Source: Promethearchaeati archaeon (GTDB lineage Archaea > Asgardarchaeota > Heimdallarchaeia > Heimdallarchaeales > Heimdallarchaeaceae). From it: a stretch of DNA of 64,000 nucleotides. The position numbers and the translations under genes were made by a program. The notes beneath the pieces were generated by a model. It had not been told where the DNA came from. It did not search any database and saw only the letters and a list, made by a program, of their open reading frames with translations. The stretch spans positions 14,916-78,915 of the forward strand of contig JABLTJ010000013.1 of NCBI GenBank assembly GCA_013166775.1. The letters are read 5' to 3'. Each line of letters starts with the position of its first letter. The first letter of the stretch is position 1. Below are positions 51,500 to 61,175 of this stretch, piece after piece.

Positions 51500-52117
51500 A
51501 TGAATATTGCCTTAGGATTGGATGATGAAATTGATCTCGCTAGTTTAGGAATGGATTGCGGGTACAATGTTGTTACAACAGGAGGAGATTCTTTTGAAAA
51601 GCTGTTTGAAGATTTTGAAAATGAGAAATTTGGTTTTACTGAGAAGAGATTTAACATGGGAGTTATTTATCCATCTCTTACTACAGGTGGAAAACCGAAC
51701 ATTACAATTCGAGTTGTACCTATGGCATTAGCTGATTGGACAACATTGAGGGAAAATAATCCTACTAAGTATAAAGAAAAGAAAGAAGAACTTGCTGATT
51801 TCTTCATTGATTTAGTTGAGAAGTTTTTGATATCAAATTTGAGGAAACACATCAAGATAATCGATATTTCAACACCTGCAACATATGCAAGATATTCGGG
51901 TTCTCCTACAGGGTCAATTTATGATATGGCTCCTTATCCAGATAATTTTGGTAGAACTCGATTGAAGATGAGAACACCAATTAAGGGATTATTTCAACCA
52001 CGCTTTGTCCATGGTGTTTTCGGTAGTCTACTAGCTGGTTTACAAGTTAATGACATGATACTCGAAGGAAAAATAATGAATGGAAATGCAAGATTAAAAA
52101 CGAAAGAATTGAAATGA
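51500..52117 (+). pseudogene. C-terminal fragment of a phytoene desaturase / retinol saturase-like FAD oxidoreductase
   Basis: YKEKKEE.AD, TPATYARY...GSIY, TPIKGLF. No N-terminal GxGxxG domain, and only ~110 bp to the divergent upstream gene. Confidence 0.65.
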
Positions 52118-52197
52118 AAAGGAAACTATCAATCGTTTTTCCTAAACACAAATTCATCTTTGAGAATGAATAAAAATAAAAATAGAAAAAAGGGAAA

Positions 52198-53742
52198 TTA
52201 ATTGCGTTTTCTTCTTCTTACTATTACTATCATTGTACTAAGGAATATTAAGAGAATTGAAAAGCTTAGAAAGTTGTATGAAGCTCTTTTATGCCCTTTC
52301 ATGAAGGAATATGATAGTTGCTTTGATGAGGATTTTTCTGTATAACCACTTGCATACGTAGTTGGAGTTTCTGGACTCATCAAACTTGTTATGATATATG
52401 CGAATTCAATATTTTCTCCAGTGAAATGGCTAATAATTGTCTCTCCATTTTCTTCTGAGTTTAGAGTTTGAGCGATACTCCACCCATTATCATCATAAAT
52501 AGCAGAGGAAATGCCTATTGAAAGTGGATAAGGATTAGCAATCTCTAGAGTGAATTCGTTAGGAGGATTAATGAGTTTTTTAACATCAAAACCATATTTT
52601 AGGTGTTTTACATCCTCTTCAGTGAATGGAAGAGTATCAATTGTCGTAATTTTGCTTATAGTAAAATCAGTATTATCAAAACCATATATTCCGTTTTCAA
52701 TATCTTCCTCATCTATCGTACATGCAGTTATCCAATCCAAGTAAAGATTGTTGAAATTAATATCATATCCTGCATTAGCTAATGCTATTTCAATTCCCAC
52801 TGGTCCATCTATAGCAATTTTTATTAAATCGTTTATTAATTCTTCACCATATTTTTCACTTAAATAAAAGATAAACATCTGTGCTTTACCATAATTAGCA
52901 CAAGATATATCGTCAGTTTCGTAATCAAAAGAGAGTAAAGATTGTTCTGGATGTGCTGAAAAGTTATCTGTAAACCGAGTCCTATTGAGACTATTTTTTG
53001 ATGACCAAGAATTTTCCAATGATAGATAACCTGAATAGTACATTGCGTAATCTGCATAACCTTCTCTTATCGTAGTCATATCCCCATTAGTATCAGTATT
53101 CTCCCATATAAGATGGTTGAATTCATGTGCAAGGATAGATGAATAACATATTGAATCCGGATTCTCTCCTGTGTAAATATATATCATTTCTCGATTATTT
53201 GGGTGGGTATTCCAGGTTGCAATAGAGTAATCATCATATGCATAGTAACCCCCCTCATAAACTTCATCATCAATAATTAGTAAGGTAACTTTTGGGTCAC
53301 CATCAATATCTCCAAGAGTACCATTAGGATGTCCTGCTAGTTCTACTCCTTTAGGATAGGTAATAGCATCGAAATTATCTCTAATTTCACTGCAGAGGGC
53401 TAGAGATTCATTATAGCCCCATCTATCAATTGTCGCATTATCTAGATACACATAGCACCATTCACCTTCAGCTAGAAGAGTAGCATGAATTTGATACGCA
53501 TCTTGATCAACAGCCCAAGGATTAGGAAAAACCCAGAAGGTTTTCTGATCACCAAAATTCTCATCTAGTTTGACTTGTGTAGGTTGAGGTTTATGGTGAA
53601 AGATGCTTTTATTATTTTCAAAATTATTTGATATTTTTTCATCAAGAATACTAGAAGCTTCAGATTGTATTCCAGAAGAGATTAAAACACTAAAAAAAAG
53701 AAGAATAATCAGTAGAGCTTTGCTCTTATTACAGTTTAATAT
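52198..53742 (-). CDS. secreted, membrane-anchored HExxH metallopeptidase, paralog B (ATA start)
   Basis: The frame stays open 97 codons upstream of the ORF-track start, to ATA at 53742 behind a GAGGAG RBS, adding a signal peptide homologous to paralog C. AHEFNH, EGYA, C-terminal TM plus RRRKR. Confidence 0.78.
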   Translation of the reverse strand: MLNCNKSKALLIILLFFSVLISSGIQSEASSILDEKISNNFENNKSIFHHKPQPTQVKLDENFGDQKTFWVFPNPWAVDQDAYQIHATLLAEGEWCYVYLDNATIDRWGYNESLALCSEIRDNFDAITYPKGVELAGHPNGTLGDIDGDPKVTLLIIDDEVYEGGYYAYDDYSIATWNTHPNNREMIYIYTGENPDSICYSSILAHEFNHLIWENTDTNGDMTTIREGYADYAMYYSGYLSLENSWSSKNSLNRTRFTDNFSAHPEQSLLSFDYETDDISCANYGKAQMFIFYLSEKYGEELINDLIKIAIDGPVGIEIALANAGYDINFNNLYLDWITACTIDEEDIENGIYGFDNTDFTISKITTIDTLPFTEEDVKHLKYGFDVKKLINPPNEFTLEIANPYPLSIGISSAIYDDNGWSIAQTLNSEENGETIISHFTGENIEFAYIITSLMSPETPTTYASGYTEKSSSKQLSYSFMKGHKRASYNFLSFSILLIFLSTMIVIVRRRKRN

Positions 53743-54152
53743 TTTATCTCCTCTTTAGATTAAAACTTGTAATATTAAGGCAAAGCTGGAATAATATAAA
53801 AGAGTATTGAAGAGAGTCTAAGAAGTGACTAGATATTTTTCGTTTTCTATCAATTGTCATTGTAGAATTTGAAACACAATAGAGATTGATAATAAATTAT
53901 GATTTAAGCAATGAGCATAACTTTTGAAAGATCTCTGGTAGATTAGCAAAGAAAAAATCACTAAGATTTTTTACTACTAGTGCATTGTACTCAATAACTA
54001 TAAACGGAATAGTTACTTTGGGTATTTTTATTTTATCTTCAATTGCAATTCTCTAGCGATATTAAAATAATTTTATCCTCTTTTATTTACTTTTTTTCTA
54101 TTTTATATGAAAATACAAATCACTCTTTTAAGGTTCATTGAAAAAAAAAGAA

Positions 54153-54410
54153 TTAAGTTTGTTTTCTTTTTCGTACTATAGCGATTATTGTACTAAGGAA
54201 TATTAACAGAATTGAAAAGCTTAGGAAGTTGTATGAAACTCTTTTATGCCCTTCCATGAAAGAATAACTAAGTAATTTTATTGGTACTTCTTCACGATTA
54301 TCAGTTCTTCCTAGATAATAAGTAGGAGTGTTTTGATTCATCATACTTGTTATGATATATGCGAAATCAATGTTTTCTCCTGAGAAAAAGCTTGTTATAT
54401 TCTCCCCCAT
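54153..54410 (-). pseudogene. C-terminal fragment of a fourth metallopeptidase paralog
   Basis: FFSGENIDFAYIITSMMNQNTPTYYLGRTDNREEVP...SFMEGHKRVSYNFLSFSILLIFLST; near-identical DNA segments in paralogs B and C. Confidence 0.8.
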
Positions 54411-55390
54411 TTTTCTTTTGTAATTAGTCCATACTTTTCTAAAGGTACCAAATCTCTAGATATTTTAGATTTGGTTTTGTTTGTAACGGTTATTATCTCC
54501 TTTTGAGACATTCTACCTTTATGATCAAATAAGTGTTTCAATAGTATCTTCTGATCTTCAGTAAGGAATATTGTTCCTAGTTTAATCATAGCTTTCCTTT
54601 CTCTTCTCTTCATCCACCATAATACTGCAAATGCTCCTGTTATCAAACCACTCACTGGACCTACAATTATTAACCAGATTAGTGGAGGTGTTTTACTGAA
54701 TGGTTCATTAAAGTAAACTACAAACAGATTATCCGAATAAGCATATAGATTCTCAAACTCCCATACTAGATGAAATTTACTCCCTGATAAAACAGGTGTA
54801 GTTTCTTCAGGATAATAAGAAAACGGAACCTCGCCTTCATGCAGAAAACTATTTTCCGGCATCTCAATTTGCATTCTGAAAAACAGAGTTTGATATGTGA
54901 TTGATTTCCTAAATAGAAAGCTGTAATAAGCAGATTTATCTTCAAATTGAGAAAGTTCTATATCAAGAAAATACTCTATTTTGAAGCTCATTGATTCATT
55001 TGTACCTATACTACTAGGGTAATTTATTGTTATATAATGAGCAGAAGAATCTGCTGAATCTAAATCGAAATCTATATCTTTATCTTGTGTATCTTCAACC
55101 ACTAGATTCCTTATTGTTTGGTTAATCCAGAAACCACAATGCGTTGTAGACATGTTATCTTTATTTTCTGCTATTATTGTTTCCGTTACTTCTATTTCAT
55201 TTATACTCTTGATGTCAATTCTTGTTTCATGAAAATTATGAACCAGAGGTATATGATCATTAAAATTAATTTCAGTTTCTTGTTCATCCAATCCTCTAGG
55301 AAATGCAACATTATTCATTGATAGAACTAATAAAGAGACAACTAATGCTAAACAGAATGGACATTTTATGTAGTTTCTCAAACAGTACAA
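54395..55390 (-). CDS. membrane-spanning transcriptional regulator: extracellular domain + TM + C-terminal winged HTH (probably 3'-truncated)
   Basis: Signal, beta-rich domain, TM, then LTEDQKILL..L....GRMSQKEI......KSKISRDL..LEK.GLI.KEKWGR, ending abruptly in the wing. Confidence 0.72.
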   Translation of the reverse strand: MYCLRNYIKCPFCLALVVSLLVLSMNNVAFPRGLDEQETEINFNDHIPLVHNFHETRIDIKSINEIEVTETIIAENKDNMSTTHCGFWINQTIRNLVVEDTQDKDIDFDLDSADSSAHYITINYPSSIGTNESMSFKIEYFLDIELSQFEDKSAYYSFLFRKSITYQTLFFRMQIEMPENSFLHEGEVPFSYYPEETTPVLSGSKFHLVWEFENLYAYSDNLFVVYFNEPFSKTPPLIWLIIVGPVSGLITGAFAVLWWMKRRERKAMIKLGTIFLTEDQKILLKHLFDHKGRMSQKEIITVTNKTKSKISRDLVPLEKYGLITKEKWGRI

Positions 55391-55546
55391 AAAAATCCCT
55401 CCTTAATGAAAAGCATTTACTTTCATCAAAAATCTCTGAAATCATATCTTGCTTAATACTGACGCTCTGTAATCTAAAAAAACTCATCAAAATAAGAAAA
55501 ATGAGTTGATAAGATTTTACTCTCTTTTCACTATTCTGTTTTAATG

Positions 55547-56452
55547 TTAAAATTCTAGAAACCAAGGTTTGTAATTTTCTGGTACTTTATATCTGGAATC
55601 ATTTTCAAACATATTTTTCAATTCGAAGAAAGCTTCTGGACTATTAACTTTAGATATTTTCTCAGCTAATTCATCAAAATCCTCATACCCAAGTTTTTCA
55701 AGATTCTTCACATCATGGCAAATACCCCAGCTTTCCCAAGCAAGAACTTCTACCTTGTTAAGACAAGCGAGATCCATAATAAGCTTGTTAAGTACGAAGA
55801 CTTCTCCTCTCCAATCATCACCTATTCCAAAGTTATGAGGATCTATATTACCTTTTCTGAAAACTCTCCATGTTCTACCAGCATCTGGAAACAATTCATA
55901 AGGTATATCTGCTGTATCGAAATTTATTTTGAGAACCTTTCTTTGCAATTCATCTAGTTGTGGATCAACCATTATCCACCTGTTGTTTTCTTCACTCCAA
56001 TATTCGCAAACATAATGATCTTCATAACGTTCCAAATCTAGCGGATAGAAATATCTTCCAGCTCCGCTTCTTACTCTTGCTGGAATTCCTTTATGTCTGA
56101 GCATTGAAACTAACATTAAAGAGAAATCTCTGCAGTTCCCAACTACTCTATCGATTTTATCTCTAGGTAGAGTGATTGGAGTATCATTCAGAGAGAATAA
56201 CAATTCGAGTTTTTCTTCTAATGTCCTAAGATTCAATTCTTTACTATGATTTCTTCCCTTCTCTATTATATCCTTAAGAGTGAAACCGTAGTTCTCTACT
56301 TTTTGAATCCAAAAAATATGATTAAATGTATTCTGCACTATTTCACATAGATCAGAAATTGAATCAGGCAAATCATCAAAAATTTCCTTGAATTTGCCAG
56401 GAGTACTTATTTTACTCTGGTCTTTGTAAAAACTTAACATTTCCTCTTTCAA
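55547..56452 (-). CDS. transglutaminase-like domain protein
   Basis: GNCRDFSL..SMLRHKGIPARVR.G, DHYVCEYW, W..VD (Cys-His-Asp triad). Confidence 0.87.
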   Translation of the reverse strand: MKEEMLSFYKDQSKISTPGKFKEIFDDLPDSISDLCEIVQNTFNHIFWIQKVENYGFTLKDIIEKGRNHSKELNLRTLEEKLELLFSLNDTPITLPRDKIDRVVGNCRDFSLMLVSMLRHKGIPARVRSGAGRYFYPLDLERYEDHYVCEYWSEENNRWIMVDPQLDELQRKVLKINFDTADIPYELFPDAGRTWRVFRKGNIDPHNFGIGDDWRGEVFVLNKLIMDLACLNKVEVLAWESWGICHDVKNLEKLGYEDFDELAEKISKVNSPEAFFELKNMFENDSRYKVPENYKPWFLEF

Positions 56453-56569
56453 ATCTTCTCACCAATGTTACTTAGTTTCTTAACTAAGCTTTTAGCAATA
56501 AGGATGAGCTAAGAATTCAATATATAAAGAAGCTTTCTTCCTTGTTCTGCAAACATAGAATCTTAACGC

Positions 56570-58138
56570 CTATTTTGAAGGATAAGTATATTTCACATTT
56601 CTTCTTCTCATTACTATAATCGTACTTAGTAAGATTAGTAGAATGGAAGAACCAAGGATATTAGATGAAGCTTTTTCATGTCCTTCCATGAAAGAATACT
56701 TAAGAGATTTCACTGGTACTTCTTCACGATTATCAGTTTTTCCTAAATAATAAGTAGGAGTGCTTTGATTCATCATACTTGTGACTATATAAGCAAATTC
56801 GATGTTTTCTCCACTGAAGAAACTAACAAGTTTCTCATCATTTTCATCTGCATTCATAGTTTGAGTAATACTCCAGCCATTCTCATCATAAATGATAGCA
56901 GAGATACCTATCGAATATGGGTGAGGATTTGTAATCTCCATAGTAAATTTATCAGGAGGATTAGTGAGTTTCTTAATATCTATTCCATATGCATAATACT
57001 CTTTAAAGTCTGTAGTAAATGGGAGAGTATCTATTATTGCTTTTTTGTGTATAGTAAAATCAGTATTTTCGAAACTATATAATCCATCTTCTATTTCTTC
57101 TTCGTCAATTGTACATGCTGTAACCCAGTCCAAGAACAAATCATTAAATGTAATATCATATCCAGCATTTGATAAAGCTGTTTCTATTCCTGCTGGTCCA
57201 TCTATATCCTCCTGTTTCAAATCTTCTAGGAGCTCTTCACCATATTTCTCTACTAAATAGAAAATAAACAGCTCTGATTTACCATAATGAGCATAAAATG
57301 TTTGTAATTCTTCATACCAAAATAATAAAGATACTTCCGGATGAAGTGAAAAATCATTTGTATACCAGCTTCTATTTAGACTATTCCCCGATGTAAGAGA
57401 ATTGTCTAATGATAAATAACCTGAATTGTAAGTAGCATAACATGCATAACCTTCGTAGATAGATATCATTTCTAATGTTAGTTCATAGTTATCCCAAATT
57501 AAATGACTGAATTCATGAGCGAGAACAGCTGATAGGAGAGAAGAATCAGGATTCTCACCAGAAAAAACATGTATAATTTCTCTATGGTTTACACCAGGGA
57601 TATCATAGAAAAACGAACCAGGAATATCATTTCCATAATAATAACCATTGCAATAAAGATCATCATCTACTATTAATAGAGTGATTTTCGGATCGCCATC
57701 AATATCTCCAACAACACCATCTGGGTGACCAAAAAAATTAACTGTATTTGGATAGGAAAGAGTATCAAAATCATCTCTTACTTCTGTACAGAGAGTTAAA
57801 GATTCATTATATCCCCATCTGTCTATTGTTGCATTATCGATATAAACATAACACCATTCGCCAATAGCAAGAAGTGTAGCATTTATTTGATATAATTCAC
57901 CACCTCTAAATATCCAAGGATAAATCCAGAATGTGAGCTGATCACCAAAACTATCTTCTAATTCAAATTGAGAAGTACTAATCTGTTGGTTGAATGTACT
58001 TGTTCCACTGGACACATAATATTGTGAGTCCTTATCAAAACATGTAGTACTTGCAGATTGTATTCCTGATGAAGCTAAAATGCCAATAAAAAGAAGAGTT
58101 ATTAGCAGAGTTTTTCTTTTGTAGCGATTTAACATCAC
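56570..58138 (-). CDS. secreted, membrane-anchored HExxH metallopeptidase, paralog C
   Basis: Signal peptide, GDIDGDPKIT, AHEFSH, EGYA, C-terminal TM plus RRR. Confidence 0.78.
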   Translation of the reverse strand: MMLNRYKRKTLLITLLFIGILASSGIQSASTTCFDKDSQYYVSSGTSTFNQQISTSQFELEDSFGDQLTFWIYPWIFRGGELYQINATLLAIGEWCYVYIDNATIDRWGYNESLTLCTEVRDDFDTLSYPNTVNFFGHPDGVVGDIDGDPKITLLIVDDDLYCNGYYYGNDIPGSFFYDIPGVNHREIIHVFSGENPDSSLLSAVLAHEFSHLIWDNYELTLEMISIYEGYACYATYNSGYLSLDNSLTSGNSLNRSWYTNDFSLHPEVSLLFWYEELQTFYAHYGKSELFIFYLVEKYGEELLEDLKQEDIDGPAGIETALSNAGYDITFNDLFLDWVTACTIDEEEIEDGLYSFENTDFTIHKKAIIDTLPFTTDFKEYYAYGIDIKKLTNPPDKFTMEITNPHPYSIGISAIIYDENGWSITQTMNADENDEKLVSFFSGENIEFAYIVTSMMNQSTPTYYLGKTDNREEVPVKSLKYSFMEGHEKASSNILGSSILLILLSTIIVMRRRNVKYTYPSK

Positions 58139-58348
58139 ATCACCCTTAACAGATAAAAATCTGTAAGCGTTTATTCATTACTAAAGACTCTTAAAAATAT
58201 AGTGGAGATTTAATTTGCTTTTTCATATCAAGAATTACGAAATTTCATTATTTTGCATACAGTGAGTCCAATAACCTACCTTTTTAGATATGAGTGGATT
58301 TTGTAAGCTCTTGTTTTCAACTGTAGTACAGGAGTAGCTTTTCACCTT

Positions 58349-58534
58349 CTAATTACCTCCTCTAAGAAGATGAGAATTATTCTTATAAAATTCGATAATA
58401 GCTTGTCTGATAACAGCAGTGTGATTAATATAAAGACCAGCCACTACAAACTCATCTATCAGTTTCATTAAACGTGGAGTAAGTCTTGTACTCTTAGGTT
58501 TAGTATCAGGATAAGGAGGAGAATCATTACTCAA
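58349..58534 (-). CDS. ribbon-helix-helix (CopG/Arc/MetJ-like) DNA-binding protein
   Basis: STRLTPRLMKLIDEFV..GLY.N...VIRQAI pattern; overlaps the stop of the upstream gene. Confidence 0.75.
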   Translation of the reverse strand: MSNDSPPYPDTKPKSTRLTPRLMKLIDEFVVAGLYINHTAVIRQAIIEFYKNNSHLLRGGN

Positions 58535-59439
58535 TTATTACCCTCCATATCTTCTTTTGGTTGCTCAATAAAATTAAGCAAAGAAACTAATTTTTTTTCC
58601 TGTTCTGCTTTATCCTGCCTAGCATTCAACCAAGAAACAGCTTTTTTGTAAACTTCTTTTGGTATAATTTTATATGAATAAAGATTGAGCTCTTTTTTGA
58701 GTTTATTAGCAAGGCTATTAAAATGAACACCCTCTCTTTGAGCTGAATCCTTAATAAGAGATCGGATAATTTTCCGTCTATAGGTTATTGTTCCATTTTC
58801 TGGAACTGCTGATTCTTCCTTTTCTTTATTTTGTTGCTCATGTAATTCTGAAATTGTATTATAAACTTGTTCTAATTTCGTATTTTGCTGATTTAATACT
58901 GAAGTAACTTGATCTAATCTTTTTTCTAAAAGATGAGTCTTAAATTGCTGCTCTTCTACAAAAAGATTAATAGCTTCTTGAGAAGGCATTATAGATAATT
59001 CTCCTTCAAAGAGTTTTTGATGGAGTTTTCCAACAGCTTTTAGATAATCAAAAGCAATATCACTATTGGCTCGAGAGCAAATAAAGCTTATAACATCAAA
59101 TGTAGCTGTTAAATAAGTTCTTTTTCCTAGTGTTGTTTTAAACTCAAACTTTCTGAAAGACTCTGGCAGGAATTTATCTTTATGATTATACTGAAACATC
59201 CTTCCACTAGCAGCAGGATCCTTAACACCAAGTTTAACATAAGTATCTTTAAGTACGAAATATATTCTGCCTTCACAGAAAGCATGTCTAATTCTAAAAC
59301 CTTCTATCTGGCTTTCTTTCAATTCCACAAGCTTGCGTAAATTTAATTTACGTGAAGAAATAATATCTTCCTTCAAACTTTGATTATCATCAGGAATAAT
59401 TTCTAGTTTTTCTTCTTTTTTTGTTGTTTTAACTTCCAT
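58531..59439 (-). CDS. phage antirepressor-like protein (BRO-N-like domain, coiled coil, C-terminal helical domain)
   Basis: IR.....GRIYFVLKD....LG BRO-like pattern; C-terminal LKKELNLYSYKIIP..VYKKAVSWL. ATG at 59439 with GGAG RBS. Confidence 0.6.
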   Translation of the reverse strand: MEVKTTKKEEKLEIIPDDNQSLKEDIISSRKLNLRKLVELKESQIEGFRIRHAFCEGRIYFVLKDTYVKLGVKDPAASGRMFQYNHKDKFLPESFRKFEFKTTLGKRTYLTATFDVISFICSRANSDIAFDYLKAVGKLHQKLFEGELSIMPSQEAINLFVEEQQFKTHLLEKRLDQVTSVLNQQNTKLEQVYNTISELHEQQNKEKEESAVPENGTITYRRKIIRSLIKDSAQREGVHFNSLANKLKKELNLYSYKIIPKEVYKKAVSWLNARQDKAEQEKKLVSLLNFIEQPKEDMEGNN

Positions 59440-59568
59440 TAATAAATCTCCTTTTACTTTGAAAGAAGAAGGATTTACCCTAAGCTTTAAGAATAGATAA
59501 GAAACAAAATAATACAGAGAGATGGGATTCAATCCCGTCTTTCTCAAACACTTTATTTTGTATGTTTT

Positions 59569-59682
59569 TTATTCTTCAGCTTTTTTGCTTTCTTCCTTTC
59601 TAATCACTTTCTTGATATCAATTGTTAGAAGATCTTTTTCATCAACATCTAAATTATCACATATATGTCGAGGAATAGTCAC
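59569..59682 (-). pseudogene. AbrB/MazE/SpoVT-like DNA-binding domain remnant
   Basis: Manual translation: (QIT)VTIPRHICDNLDVDEKDLLTIDIKKVIRKEESKKAEE*. An in-frame TAA a few codons upstream removes the N-terminal strand. Confidence 0.55.
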
Positions 59683-59986
59683 GGTAATTTGTAATAATTA
59701 CAAGAGTAAAAAGTTCTCTTATCGTATTTTAGATTTTTTAGGTCAAAAATAAAGATGATTGAGAAGATTACAACTACAGAATGAGAGCATTTCAGTAACA
59801 GACTCTAAAGAGATTTAGGTTTTTAGTTTGATATGTTTTAGTCAGAAAAATGGTATCCATTTTGGATAGTGTTACATGTTTGTTTAGATTGAATCTAACT
59901 AAGTAGAAGTGAAACCTTAATGAAATATGATGAAAAGTTGTTTTCGAAAGGTTTCGACAGAGATTAACGATTAAAGTAGAAGTAGA

Positions 59987-60721
59987 TTAGTTGTTCTTCT
60001 TTTTCCTCTGGTTTGTTTGATTGAAATACACATTAACTAATAATTCTCGGTTCGTTCTATAGAAATACATAATAGCGATTAATTCTCCTCCTGAGAAAGC
60101 CCAGAGAAGAACAGTTACTAATCTATACTTAAAAGAGGTGATTTTACCCCAATTCCAAGGAGTAGCTTCAGGATTGATTGAGTAACCAAAACGGTTCTTT
60201 TTAAGGACAGTTTTGTAGGATTTGAAGGTAAAAGGAGGTTCTCCGTAAAGTTCAGGTTCATCAACAATACCTACCCAAGTCGTATATGTTCCTATAGGGG
60301 GAGTGGAAGCATTATAGAAGTTAATAGTAACATCTAATCCTGCTTGTATTTCTGTAAGCCCTGGTTTGATTTCATGCTTTGTTAAGTAAATCCAAAAAAT
60401 ATAACCAGCACTAGCTGGATAATCCTTTTTGAGCTTTATTTTCATTTGGGGATCAACCAAATTTGCATTTCCTGTATGATGAATATATGTGGTGTCTGAA
60501 GGATTCCATATCTCACAAACCATAGGAACCCAGAAAACCACTTCTACATCACTCATTAGAGTAAATTCTGAAGGTGGAGGCCAAGTGATTTCTTTTATTC
60601 TAATATATAAATCGAAAGGTTTGTTATCAAAAACTGATGTAAGAATTCCACTGCTAAGAGTGGTAAAGAATACAAGCAGTAGAATTATGACCACTTGTTT
60701 ATTAGATAATCTAAGCTTCAT
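59987..60721 (-). CDS. hypothetical exported protein with N- and C-terminal TMs
   Basis: 244 aa; shares motifs with 61176..61877. Confidence 0.65.
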   Translation of the reverse strand: MKLRLSNKQVVIILLLVFFTTLSSGILTSVFDNKPFDLYIRIKEITWPPPSEFTLMSDVEVVFWVPMVCEIWNPSDTTYIHHTGNANLVDPQMKIKLKKDYPASAGYIFWIYLTKHEIKPGLTEIQAGLDVTINFYNASTPPIGTYTTWVGIVDEPELYGEPPFTFKSYKTVLKKNRFGYSINPEATPWNWGKITSFKYRLVTVLLWAFSGGELIAIMYFYRTNRELLVNVYFNQTNQRKKKNN

Positions 60722-60765
60722 CCCTAAAGAATGTGATACAAATCACCTTAATAAAGCTTATCTGA

Positions 60766-61101
60766 TTAGGAAATCACATCGTTAATTGGCTTGCACCAGG
60801 TAATGGGATACCAGTGTTAACAACTACTTATGAATATTTACCTGGGCGTTGGGGTGGAACTTGGAAGTATGATTGTGGAACAAGTTATAGTACTCCTTAT
60901 TTAGCAGCGATAATTGCTTTAATAATTACTGGATATCATAATGGTATTGGTTCTTCCACTGATCCTTCAGTACAAAAAGTGATAGAGATTTTACTATATG
61001 CTAGTTCAAGGAGCACATTTTTCCAACTAACGGGCTATGGTTATGTAGATGCTTACATAGCGTATGGAAAAGCCTATACAGAAGGAGTATTAGCTTCATA
61101 A
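60766..61101 (+). pseudogene. C-terminal fragment of a subtilisin-like (S8) serine protease
   Basis: WLAPG...GTSYSTPYLAAIIALI...GYGYVDA. The catalytic Asp/His part is missing; in-frame TGA at 60763. Confidence 0.8.
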
Positions 61102-61175
61102 GAATTATAAGTTCTTATGCAGTTGTATTTACAAGGTTTAATTGAAATGAAATACAAGAAGGAGGCGAAAAGTCT

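Noticed and set aside
53760-54150. Long intergenic gap (and 59750-59980) as a tRNA/ncRNA locus
   Set aside because: Very AT-rich, with no cloverleaf or GC-rich stem visible by eye. A covariance-model search would be needed to exclude it fully.
52230-56820. Near-identical segments as a diversity-generating retroelement TR/VR pair or att sites
   Set aside because: No reverse transcriptase in the window, the differences are not evidently adenine-specific, and the repeats are explained by paralogous gene tails.
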